A DNA stretch of 29,429 nt from a virus (Duplodnaviria; Caudoviricetes): positions 1-29,429 of IMG/VR virus record IMGVR_UViG_3300006114_001327. One strand, written 5' to 3'. A program made the position numbers and the translations under genes. Positions 8,091 through 16,100 of the stretch are shown here, piece by piece. Each line of letters starts with the position of its first letter. The stretch's first letter is position 1. A model generated the notes under the pieces. The model did no database searches, was not told the origin of the DNA, and saw only the letters and a program-made list of their open reading frames with translations.

Positions 8091-8200
8091 TTCACTCTCC
8101 ATATCATTTCTTTTTTGTAAGACTCATTACGTGATAACTCAGTCATAAATATAACGCTGCCACAAATCATAATTGAAAAAATAAATGCAAATGTTTTCAT
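8087..8200 (-). CDS. Small putative membrane peptide (37 aa)
   Basis: Not in the ORF track. MKTFAFIFSIMICGSVIFMTELSRNESYKKEMIWRVK; ATGA overlaps at both ends. Confidence 0.55.
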   Translation of the reverse strand: MKTFAFIFSIMICGSVIFMTELSRNESYKKEMIWRVK

Positions 8201-8361
8201 TCCACTAAAACTTTTATAATATCTCTAAAAAAAGAAAACACTTCTTTTTTCTGGAGTAAACATTCCTGTAAAAATAGCATATCTTTATCCAATTCCACAT
8301 AAGGTTCTGGCTGGTAATGAACCCCGATTTTTACTTTACCAGTATCATAAGGTACATTCAT
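8197..8361 (-). CDS. Hypothetical protein (54 aa)
   Basis: Not in the ORF track. MNVPYDTGKVKIGVHYQPEPYVELDKDMLFLQECLL...; ATGA overlaps at both ends. Confidence 0.6.
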   Translation of the reverse strand: MNVPYDTGKVKIGVHYQPEPYVELDKDMLFLQECLLQKKEVFSFFRDIIKVLVE

Positions 8362-8543
8362 GATAAATTCCTTTCATTAAAAAATTCATAATATTTTTCA
8401 AGCGTAATTTCTATAGAATTAAATCTAACTTGACAATAAGGACATTCTCTTCTTCTTTCTACATAATGCATATGTTGATTCGGATCATAAAGTTTTTTAG
8501 AATCAACCACCGAAGTAATGTTATCACAAGTAATACAATTCAC
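8358..8543 (-). CDS. Zinc-ribbon protein resembling the NrdR N-terminal domain
   Basis: CITC...TSVVDS...RRRECPYC..RFNSIE. ORF track starts at 8570; GTG 8543 has a GGAGG SD and overlaps the upstream stop. Confidence 0.7.
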   Translation of the reverse strand: MNCITCDNITSVVDSKKLYDPNQHMHYVERRRECPYCQVRFNSIEITLEKYYEFFNERNLS

Positions 8544-8917
8544 AAAACCTCCCAAGGGAAAACAATCCACTTATCTAAAACTTTTTTTTCACCAAAATAA
8601 TTAAGCGGAGGTAAACTTGCCTGATGGTAAAGCACCCCAAAATCAGCAGCCGGATTCCTTTTCATGATACCGAATAAAGTTTCACCAGTATCATAAATTT
8701 CATCAATAACCAAAACTCGGCAATCCACCGGCAATTTTTCTTCTTTGTCCATAGCTATCATAGGTAATTTAAGCCTGTGGGAAATATAGACGGCGGGAAT
8801 CAAACCACCCCTAGTAACCCCTGCCACTAAATCATATTTTTTATGAATCTGACTAATTAATTTTTGGCAAAGTTCTTCAAACTGATACCAACCAATAACT
8901 TCTTTTTCTTTTTTCAA
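8540..8917 (-). CDS. Type I purine phosphoribosyltransferase (xanthine-guanine PRTase-like)
   Basis: GVTRGGLIPA, PRPP-binding VLVIDEIYDTGETL and C-terminal WIVFPWE, as in Gpt-like enzymes. Confidence 0.88.
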   Translation of the reverse strand: MKKEKEVIGWYQFEELCQKLISQIHKKYDLVAGVTRGGLIPAVYISHRLKLPMIAMDKEEKLPVDCRVLVIDEIYDTGETLFGIMKRNPAADFGVLYHQASLPPLNYFGEKKVLDKWIVFPWEVL

Positions 8918-9102
8918 AATGGCGCCTCCTCAAAGTTGTATACTTTTTTAGGTTTAGGTTTTATAACTAATTTAACTTTAGAAGAATCAAGCATAGCCAT
9001 AAAATCGAGGGCCTCCTGTTTATAATCAAAAGCCCTAAAAGGACCAAATTCATCATAAACCACAAAACGTTTAGCCAATCCAGTTTTTTCTAACTTTGCC
9101 AA
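8914..9102 (-). CDS. Hypothetical protein (~62 aa)
   Basis: Fills the gap in the co-directional run; acidic/aromatic tail FEEAPF. Start uncertain. Confidence 0.6.
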   Translation of the reverse strand: MAKLEKTGLAKRFVVYDEFGPFRAFDYKQEALDFMAMLDSSKVKLVIKPKPKKVYNFEEAPF

Positions 9103-9364
9103 GATATGCCTTACCTTTCTCTGTTAATTTAACCAGCTTTTTACGGCGGTTCTTTTTGTCATAATAGGAAACTATTAGTTTTAAACCAATAGCCGAATGC
9201 AGGTTGTTATAAGCGGTTAATAAACTACAAACCTTGTTATCGGAAAGATACCGACAAAGCGCCATGGTTTCCGAAGGCTCTTTTTCTAAGGAAGCAAGTA
9301 TAGCCTCCATGATGGGGCTGATACCTGCTTTATATTTAATTAAAATACCATCAATTGCTGCCAT
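9071..9364 (-). CDS. Winged helix-turn-helix (MarR-like) DNA-binding protein
   Basis: C-terminal DKKNRRKKLVKLTEKGKAYL matches the MarR wing pattern. ORF track starts at 9448; ATG 9364 has an AAGGAG SD. Confidence 0.65.
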   Translation of the reverse strand: MAAIDGILIKYKAGISPIMEAILASLEKEPSETMALCRYLSDNKVCSLLTAYNNLHSAIGLKLIVSYYDKKNRRKKLVKLTEKGKAYLGKVRKNWIG

Positions 9365-9372
9365 AATACTCC

Positions 9373-9471
9373 TTATATTAAAAATGCCAAAACAGTAAAA
9401 AAATACATAAAAATGGCAAATAACAAAGTCCCTAAGACAATTTGCCAAAGTGGGGGCGCCTTATCTTCCAT
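9373..9471 (-). CDS. Small membrane peptide (32 aa)
   Basis: Not in the ORF track. MEDKAPPLWQIVLGTLLFAIFMYFFTVLAFLI with a GGAGG SD. Confidence 0.55.
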   Translation of the reverse strand: MEDKAPPLWQIVLGTLLFAIFMYFFTVLAFLI

Positions 9472-9751
9472 GGAAGGCCTCCAAAACTTTATTGAGAGCA
9501 TCTAAACTTTTTCCGCCAATATGCCACCGGTATTCCGAAAATGGAGTATCCATTTCTTTCCAATCATAAATAGTGGCGACGGTTCCATTTTCAAAAGTTA
9601 AAATCCACTGGCAGGTAACTTTATCCATGCCGTTATCATTTGGGCCATAATTAGGCTCTCCAAAAGTGTCTACTAACTGAGAATAATAGGCGTTAATATA
9701 ACCTTGGAGGCCTGTGCCGTTTATGCGGCCATCTTTAATAAAAGAATGCAT
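9461..9751 (-). CDS. Phage hypothetical protein (96 aa)
   Basis: AGGAGG SD; LQGYI...LVDTFGEP...ATIYDWK...WHIGG pattern, which I recall from phage early proteins. Confidence 0.75.
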   Translation of the reverse strand: MHSFIKDGRINGTGLQGYINAYYSQLVDTFGEPNYGPNDNGMDKVTCQWILTFENGTVATIYDWKEMDTPFSEYRWHIGGKSLDALNKVLEAFHGR

Positions 9752-10006
9752 TTAAACACCTCCTTTTAAATTAAAAGCCATGGAAGAATAAGATAACTTA
9801 CCGCCTTTGGCGATCATGGCTTTACGCCATGTCCTAATGAATTTAGGATAGTCTTTATATTGCATGAAAAATGGAATAGTTTTGTAAGGCTCGGCGTTGT
9901 TGCCTTTATTCCATAAGGTTAGTTTGCCCTGACAATAAGAATCCGGTGCAAAACTATTGTCGGCACGAAATCCTATGTTTGCTCTTTCATTACTAATTTT
10001 ACGCAT
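9752..10006 (-). CDS. Hypothetical protein (84 aa), first gene after a promoter
   Basis: AGAAAGGAAAGAAAG leader before the ATG. Confidence 0.7.
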   Translation of the reverse strand: MRKISNERANIGFRADNSFAPDSYCQGKLTLWNKGNNAEPYKTIPFFMQYKDYPKFIRTWRKAMIAKGGKLSYSSMAFNLKGGV

Positions 10007-10048
10007 CTTTCTTTCCTTTCTATTTACGGCACTATTGCCGTTAAATTA

Positions 10049-10078
10049 ATTATAACGGCACTATTATAAAAAAATCAA
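10049..10078 (-). promoter_or_regulatory. Sigma70-like promoter
   Basis: TTGATT-N18-TATAAT followed by TAATTTAAC; same architecture as 18985-19012. Confidence 0.65.
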
Positions 10079-10081
10079 CGA

Positions 10082-10462
10082 TTATTTTTTATTTTTTTGT
10101 AAAAGTTCCTGAACCTCTTCTGGACCTAAGCGTTCATGGTGTTTTCTTGCTTCGTGTTGGGCTATTCTTTTCTTTTCTTTTTGCAAAAACTTTTTATGCT
10201 GGCTTATGGTTTTTTTAGCTTGGGTTGGTAGTTGCATTTCTGGGTCTACTATCTTAAGCATAAAATTGCCTTCTTGGACATATCTTGTGGATGCTCTTTT
10301 GATGAGTCTTTTTAAAAAAGTTGACTCTACTTCATAAGTAGAAAATCGGTAACCACATTCTTTATTAAGGCACCACCTCCTTCGCCATTGTAAATTTTGC
10401 ATAGGAGCAGTAAAAGATACTTTAGTTTCCGACCCACATTTATAACATTTAATTGCCGCCAT
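10082..10462 (-). CDS. Zinc-ribbon protein (NrdR N-terminal-like) with basic C-terminal extension
   Basis: CYKC...TKV...RRRWCLNKECGYRFSTYE. Confidence 0.7.
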   Translation of the reverse strand: MAAIKCYKCGSETKVSFTAPMQNLQWRRRWCLNKECGYRFSTYEVESTFLKRLIKRASTRYVQEGNFMLKIVDPEMQLPTQAKKTISQHKKFLQKEKKRIAQHEARKHHERLGPEEVQELLQKNKK

Positions 10463-12405
10463 TATTTAACCTCCCCCCAACTTTTACCAAATTCCGCATC
10501 CACCAGTAAAGGCACTTTTAATCCTGGTATCTTAGTCATCAACTCAATAATTTCCAATACCGCCTCTTTTACTTCTGGTTTATGTTCTATAGAAAAATCT
10601 AATTCATCATGAACCGTTAAAAGCATAGGAACTGTGTCCATTAATCCGGCTTTGTGAATAGAAACCATAGCCATCTTAATAAGATCAGCCGCCGACCCCT
10701 GTAATAATCTATTAAGTGCTTTGTGGGTAAAGGATCTTCTAATTTTAGGACCCCATTTTTCAAGCGCCTGATCATAAGGCAAAAAAGTTTCGTTGTCGTG
10801 GTTTGAGCTTGGTTCATATAAATTGAATCTTGCGTATCTGCCGGCAAAAGTTCTTATATAACCTCTTTGGCTTGCTCTTTGACTGGCCAAATTATATATA
10901 TCTTTGACAAAAGGGAATTGGTTATGATATTGGTCAAACAAAGGTTTGACTTCTGAAAGTTCTCTTCCTAAATTTTTAGCAAGCGCCTTTTCTCCCATAC
11001 CATAAACCAAGCCAAAATTAATATTTTTGGCTTCTTTTCTTGGGACTCCTGTAAGGTTGGAAACAAACTCATGAAAATCCGTTTTAGGGTCCGTGTAGTA
11101 CTGACTTCTAGCGAGTTCAGCCGACTCTCCGTTTCCATAATGAACTAGCATTCGGTATTCAATTTGACTATAGTCAAATGACCCCCAAGAAGCATGACCT
11201 AAATCAGGCACAAAAATAGATCTAATAAGCGGTCCTAATTCAGGATCCCTAGCAGGAATATTCTGTAAATTAGGGGTGGAGGAACTAAATCTGCCGGAAA
11301 CCGTTCCGGAGTCGTCTGATCTTAATGGATGGAATTGCCCAAAAAGTCTTCCATTTACATGGCTTTCTAAAATGTAAGACCTAATAAAAGTATCTCTTGC
11401 TTTAGTTAATTTACGACACTCAGCAACCTCCGGCAAATTGTCCTCAAGCCACTTAGACCTAAAAGAAGGCTTGCCAGTATTGGTGGTTGGATAGATAAGA
11501 TTTCTTTTTTTAGCCAATTTTTCTACATCTGCTGCTGCGTAAATATTTAAACCATTTAAAGATTTTTCAATAGTTTCTATTCTTTGAGATAAAGCATCAT
11601 CAGCAAGCCTAGCCTTATCAAGATCAACCCTAACCCCATGTTTTCTCATTCTAAATAAAATAGGTAAAAGAGCGGATTCTAACTCAAAAAGAGAAATAAG
11701 ATCCGCCTCCTCTAATAAAGGTTTTTGGCAGTTCCATACTTTTATAGCTAGTGAAGCGTCGGCTTCTGCGTAAGGGCCCACCAAGGCAGGTGGGCATCTC
11801 CAGATATTGCTTGCCTGTTTTCTATCGGGTTGTCCTCCATAGGCCCTAGATGCCCATTTATAAAGGCTATCCTCCGCCTTACTTTCGCCAAGGTATTTCT
11901 GAGACAGTGCATTGAGTGAATAGCTGAAAGCATGTTCATCAAGTAAAGGTTCGGCAATTTGGATATCCCTAATAGCTCCTCTAACTTCAATACCAAGGGT
12001 CGAGAGCCAGCCGATATCGTATAGTGCGTTTGCAAAAATCTTTTCCGTTTTTTCATTTTCTGTAGTTTCACGGATAAACTTAAGTACGGATTCCCTATCC
12101 TGGTTTTCCCCAACTGTGTGTCCGATCGGAAAGTACCAGGCCTGGTCTTTTGTGGCCACTGAGATGCCCGCAACAAAACCTTCACCGGTGGCCCAACCTG
12201 GGCCTGTTTCAAAAATTTTTGGGTCATATGTCTCCGTATCTATAGCAACCTGGTCAATTCCGGTCAAATTCGGAAAGTCTCGGGGTTTCCAACCTGTTTC
12301 TGGTATTGCCGGCATAACTCTTGCCATTTTTTGCTTCTCACCGGTTTTAACCGGTTTTATGGTTTCTACGTCTTGCCAAAAAAGACCGTCCGAGTCATGT
12401 CTCAT
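10462..12405 (-). CDS. polA: Family A DNA polymerase with 3'-5' exonuclease domain and no 5'-3' exonuclease
   Basis: ExoI IDTET, SGRFSS..PNLQNIP, motif A DYSQIEYR, motif B RKEAKNINFGLVYG (Phe at the E. coli 762-equivalent position), motif C TVHDE. Confidence 0.96.
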   Translation of the reverse strand: MRHDSDGLFWQDVETIKPVKTGEKQKMARVMPAIPETGWKPRDFPNLTGIDQVAIDTETYDPKIFETGPGWATGEGFVAGISVATKDQAWYFPIGHTVGENQDRESVLKFIRETTENEKTEKIFANALYDIGWLSTLGIEVRGAIRDIQIAEPLLDEHAFSYSLNALSQKYLGESKAEDSLYKWASRAYGGQPDRKQASNIWRCPPALVGPYAEADASLAIKVWNCQKPLLEEADLISLFELESALLPILFRMRKHGVRVDLDKARLADDALSQRIETIEKSLNGLNIYAAADVEKLAKKRNLIYPTTNTGKPSFRSKWLEDNLPEVAECRKLTKARDTFIRSYILESHVNGRLFGQFHPLRSDDSGTVSGRFSSSTPNLQNIPARDPELGPLIRSIFVPDLGHASWGSFDYSQIEYRMLVHYGNGESAELARSQYYTDPKTDFHEFVSNLTGVPRKEAKNINFGLVYGMGEKALAKNLGRELSEVKPLFDQYHNQFPFVKDIYNLASQRASQRGYIRTFAGRYARFNLYEPSSNHDNETFLPYDQALEKWGPKIRRSFTHKALNRLLQGSAADLIKMAMVSIHKAGLMDTVPMLLTVHDELDFSIEHKPEVKEAVLEIIELMTKIPGLKVPLLVDAEFGKSWGEVK

Positions 12406-13367
12406 GCTCTAATACCTACTATAATGCCTTTTAGTTTATCCATACCATAAAAAGGACAGGGGCCGGGGTACTTTGAAAAGTCCGCTTTGATGGCTTCATT
12501 AAGTACTAGTGAAATCATTTCAGCCCGATATTTACCATCCGGTAAAGTAACTCCTCCAACGGACGCCGTGTGCTCACCATCCATAGTATGGACCCCTTCT
12601 TCATTAAATACCACCACCGGAAACTTCGGATCAGGGTGGAAATGAGCAATCTTTCTAACGGCATCTAATAATTGACCTGGAACTAAAGGCAAACTTTCAT
12701 ATTCATAGTCACCAAATAATTTATCTATATCCGGCCACTCAGAACTTAAAGGATTAACCCTAATCCAAAAATTATCATAAAGAAAAAATAAATGGTTATC
12801 ATCTATCAAAACCTCTTTCGGATCTTGGTTAATTCTAATAAGTTCATCAACAGCAGCCGTAGGAAGAGCCATATTAATAGGTGTTGGAAAAGGTAGGCTT
12901 ACTAAAATTACGTTATTGGTTGCATACATTTTTTCATTCTTAAAAAGAATAGAGCATGACCAAGGTCTGGATGCGTCCTGGCTAATAAATGGCTTTAGTC
13001 TTTTTAAAGTTCCCACAAAACCAACTTTAATTGGATATTTTTCTTTATTAGAAGGTCCTTCCATTTTTGGATAACTTTCATGAGCCATTAATGGTAACAT
13101 AGCTTTAAAAGAGGCTCTTTTAATAATAAGTTTTCTATCCGTTACCGTAAGCACAGGAGCCCCCTCACAGGCATCAACCGCCCTAAGAAATCTATCCGCC
13201 GGTACAGTTGCGCTTATGCCTTTTACCTGGCTACATTCAGCATCAATAGCAACCGCCTTTCCATCCATTCCCTGAATTCTGCCATCATAAATATGAATAT
13301 GTGTAAAAGCAGGAATTAAATCTTTTTCAGCAACCGTTCCAGCAACTAATTTAATAATTTCTAACAT
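12402..13367 (-). CDS. DNA polymerase III beta subunit (sliding clamp)-like protein
   Basis: About 321 aa with a repeated alpha/beta pattern and DnaN-like segments (ATVPADRF, FISQDASRP, MYATN, WPDIDKLF). ORF track starts at 13448; ATG 13367 with AGGA SD is more likely. Confidence 0.72.
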   Translation of the reverse strand: MLEIIKLVAGTVAEKDLIPAFTHIHIYDGRIQGMDGKAVAIDAECSQVKGISATVPADRFLRAVDACEGAPVLTVTDRKLIIKRASFKAMLPLMAHESYPKMEGPSNKEKYPIKVGFVGTLKRLKPFISQDASRPWSCSILFKNEKMYATNNVILVSLPFPTPINMALPTAAVDELIRINQDPKEVLIDDNHLFFLYDNFWIRVNPLSSEWPDIDKLFGDYEYESLPLVPGQLLDAVRKIAHFHPDPKFPVVVFNEEGVHTMDGEHTASVGGVTLPDGKYRAEMISLVLNEAIKADFSKYPGPCPFYGMDKLKGIIVGIRA

Positions 13368-13374
13368 ATTTGTC

Positions 13375-14313
13375 CTATAGATCGAAAAGTGAATCTTGGT
13401 AAAGAGAGTTTGGTTCAGGCAATACTTTAAGCCACTCAACAATTTCAAGCCCCGTCATCATACGCCTGGCCATATGTTCATACTGAAGTTGTTCAATAGT
13501 TAATCCATGAAGCGCCGCTCTTTCTGCTATGACTTCTACCATGTGTTTTGGTATTGTGGTTATGTGAGAACCCATTTCATACCGATTAGGGTTTTCATTA
13601 CTAGTAGCCATTTCCATTAATTTTCCATTATGCAAAAACTTTATTTTTCCCATGACTGCTGCGTAAAGCCAGGATGCTGAATCTACCGAGTACCAGGGGA
13701 CCTGTCTTAACATGTTTTCACCAGTAGCCGCTAATCCATGAGTTTTCTTTCCAGGTAGTTTTCGGTGAACATAATTAGACCAAGCAAGACGGCTTTTTTC
13801 CGGTAAGTCATTTCTAGGAGAAACACAAATATAATCCGCCATATCAGAAACCTCAAACATCCTAGCCTCAGATTCATTTTGGTGAAAAACGGGTAAAACT
13901 ATATTGCCAAATTCTTTAGTTAATACTTTAAAGTTTTCGTCAGAAGTTTTAATTGCCTGAGTAATTTCTTCTTCACCTGCCGTTACTCCTGGTGATCCTG
14001 GAATGACATCTAAGTTTATTAACCATATCTGGATATGACTTGGAATAAGTTTCATAACATCCTGGTAGGTAGCAATTAAATCCTGAAGCTCTACTTTTTT
14101 ACCTTTAGACCAAGCCGTAAAAGCACCGGAGTCAAGCATTATTTCTTTAACCGAGCCACCTTCTAAACCACAAAGTTCAGCCCACCTCTTGGCTTCTTTG
14201 ATGTAGTGGTCATGGCAAGAGCAAAGCCTATAAGTAAACCCTCTTGCCAATTTTTCTTCTACCTCAGCAGTAGCCCCAATAGTACCAGAGAAAAAATATT
14301 TAACTTTAGACAT
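13375..14313 (-). CDS. dpdA: DpdA-like 7-deazaguanine DNA transglycosylase (TGT fold)
   Basis: TGT-family motifs MLDSGAFT, NLDVIP, PVFHQ, THGLA and YSVDSASW, directly downstream of queF-folE-queC-queD-queE. ORF track start is 14328. Confidence 0.85.
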   Translation of the reverse strand: MSKVKYFFSGTIGATAEVEEKLARGFTYRLCSCHDHYIKEAKRWAELCGLEGGSVKEIMLDSGAFTAWSKGKKVELQDLIATYQDVMKLIPSHIQIWLINLDVIPGSPGVTAGEEEITQAIKTSDENFKVLTKEFGNIVLPVFHQNESEARMFEVSDMADYICVSPRNDLPEKSRLAWSNYVHRKLPGKKTHGLAATGENMLRQVPWYSVDSASWLYAAVMGKIKFLHNGKLMEMATSNENPNRYEMGSHITTIPKHMVEVIAERAALHGLTIEQLQYEHMARRMMTGLEIVEWLKVLPEPNSLYQDSLFDL

Positions 14314-14749
14314 TGCGCCAGTACTCAAAAGTTGGCCAGAAAGGAATTCCGCCTCTTGGGGTAAACTGTCCTTCTACTTTTAAATATTCCGGATCCAATA
14401 AATCAACAAGCGCCTGAGCAATCCTAGTAACACAGGACTCATGAAACTCTCCTACTTGTCTAAAAGAACCTAAAAATAATTTCCAAGATTTAGATTCCAC
14501 GCAAAATTCCCTAGGAATATATTCAACCACAATAGTTGCAAAGTCAGGCTGCCCCGTTAGAGGACAAAGAGAAGTGAATTCAGGAGCAATAATTTTAATC
14601 TTGGTTTCAGCATGAGCAAAATTATTTGCTGTTTTAAGTTTCATAGGATTAGGAAACTTTTCCAATAATTTAATATCAGCACCATCATAGTGATAGTCGC
14701 TTTCTTTTCCTAATGCTTTTAAATGTTCTGTTTTTGATAGTTTTTCCAT
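14306..14749 (-). CDS. queF: NADPH-dependent preQ0 nitrile reductase, unimodular (type I) QueF
   Basis: EFTSLCPLTGQPDFA (catalytic Cys/Asp), QueF motif ESKSWKLF, FHE and PRGGI. Confidence 0.93.
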   Translation of the reverse strand: MEKLSKTEHLKALGKESDYHYDGADIKLLEKFPNPMKLKTANNFAHAETKIKIIAPEFTSLCPLTGQPDFATIVVEYIPREFCVESKSWKLFLGSFRQVGEFHESCVTRIAQALVDLLDPEYLKVEGQFTPRGGIPFWPTFEYWRNV

Positions 14750-14750
14750 T

Positions 14751-15308
14751 TTAGTTCCTGATTAAGTTTAACAATTCTTCTTTAGATGACCGATCCCATT
14801 CAAATAAACCTTTCATAGCACTAGTTACCGTGCTGGATCCTTGTCTTTGAATGCCTCTTGATTCCATGCATAAATGCCTACATTCCATAATAACCCCGAC
14901 TGCTTTTGGATTTAAAGCATTTTGAATAGCCTCCGCTATCTGGCTAGTTAATCTTTCTTGTACTTGTAATCTTCTTGCATAAATATCTACTACTCTTGAA
15001 AGTTTAGAAAGTCCTACAATTTTACCATCCGGAATATAAGCCACATGAGCCTTTCCAAAAAATGGTGCCAAATGATGCTCGCAGTGACTATAAACTGGAA
15101 TATCTTTCACCAAAATAATTTGGTCATAATTTTCCGCCCCATCCTCAAAAGTTTTTAATATTTCTCTTGGGTCTTGTTTATACCCATGAGACCAATGCTC
15201 CCATGCTTTGACCACTCTTTTAGGGGTTTCTAATAATCCACCTCTAAAACTATCTTCCCCGATAACAATAGAAAGTAAATTTCTAATAACCGTTTCTTTA
15301 TCAGACAT
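14751..15308 (-). CDS. folE: GTP cyclohydrolase I
   Basis: [47 protein letters not shown] track start is 15332. Confidence 0.96.
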   Translation of the reverse strand: MSDKETVIRNLLSIVIGEDSFRGGLLETPKRVVKAWEHWSHGYKQDPREILKTFEDGAENYDQIILVKDIPVYSHCEHHLAPFFGKAHVAYIPDGKIVGLSKLSRVVDIYARRLQVQERLTSQIAEAIQNALNPKAVGVIMECRHLCMESRGIQRQGSSTVTSAMKGLFEWDRSSKEELLNLIRN

Positions 15309-16098
15309 TAGCATACCCCTTAATAGTTTCAATCAAAGTATCGTAAAAACCAAGTGTTTTGTCATAGTTAGGGGTATCCGGCAAAGCCATAAGATTTTCA
15401 TGCCAAGCCCTAACCACTAAAGGATCCGGTAAATCCGCTTCCAGAAAACCCTGAGCCCTTAATACATTAGAATGGTTTTTATCTTTCGGAGGATATTTGC
15501 CATCATAAGAAGTGTGGGTATAGGCAAGCGCCGGATAACCGCCGGCATCCGCCATTCTAGCAATGCTTTCAGCTTTAGTATCATTTATTAATGGTGCCAC
15601 TACATGTAATCGATAATCATTTCCTAATGACTGATTGACCATGATCTCAAAGTCGGATCTAAATGCTTCCGTGCAATCCGGATAGTTAGCATTGTCCGCT
15701 TGACAAATACCGGTAACTAAAATAGAGCAGCCCATAACTATAGCACGATTAGCGGCGACAGTTAAAAAAAGCGTATTTCTCATAGGCACAAAAGTAAGCT
15801 CAACCCTGTCCCCAATAATCTTATCCATTTCTTGGTAGTTGGTGTACTGTTCTAATGCTTGGTTTGGGTCGGTGAGTGGAGATTTTCCTTTTAGGATAGG
15901 CCCTAATTCTATAACCTCATGGCTTTCAACACCGGCAATTCTTGCTACTTTTTTAGCCGCTTCAATTTCTATTTTATGCCTTTGATTGTAATCAAAAGTT
16001 ACAGCATGAACTTCTTGGTATAATTGCTTGGCGAGAAACAAGCAGGTTGTCGAATCCTGTCCTCCGGACAAAATGACCATCACTTTTTCTTTTTTCAT
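15301..16098 (-). CDS. queC: 7-cyano-7-deazaguanine synthase
   Basis: [27 protein letters not shown]. Confidence 0.94.
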   Translation of the reverse strand: MKKEKVMVILSGGQDSTTCLFLAKQLYQEVHAVTFDYNQRHKIEIEAAKKVARIAGVESHEVIELGPILKGKSPLTDPNQALEQYTNYQEMDKIIGDRVELTFVPMRNTLFLTVAANRAIVMGCSILVTGICQADNANYPDCTEAFRSDFEIMVNQSLGNDYRLHVVAPLINDTKAESIARMADAGGYPALAYTHTSYDGKYPPKDKNHSNVLRAQGFLEADLPDPLVVRAWHENLMALPDTPNYDKTLGFYDTLIETIKGYANV

Positions 16099-16100
16099 TT

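Noticed and set aside
2054-12227. Nested minus-strand ORFs 2054-2236, 3698-3901, 10641-10847 and 11748-12227
   Set aside because: Alternative frames inside or largely overlapping terL, the nuclease and polA, with no independent support.
13375-14313. tRNA-modifying Tgt (queuosine auxiliary metabolism)
   Set aside because: Lacks the C-terminal CxCxxC zinc site of bacterial Tgt, no queA/queG or tRNA genes are seen, and the gene is embedded among DNA replication genes.
14306-14749. QueF-like amidinotransferase making archaeosine (dG+)
   Set aside because: The NADPH-associated QueF motif (ESKSWKLF) is present, and QueC has no glutamine amidotransferase fusion.
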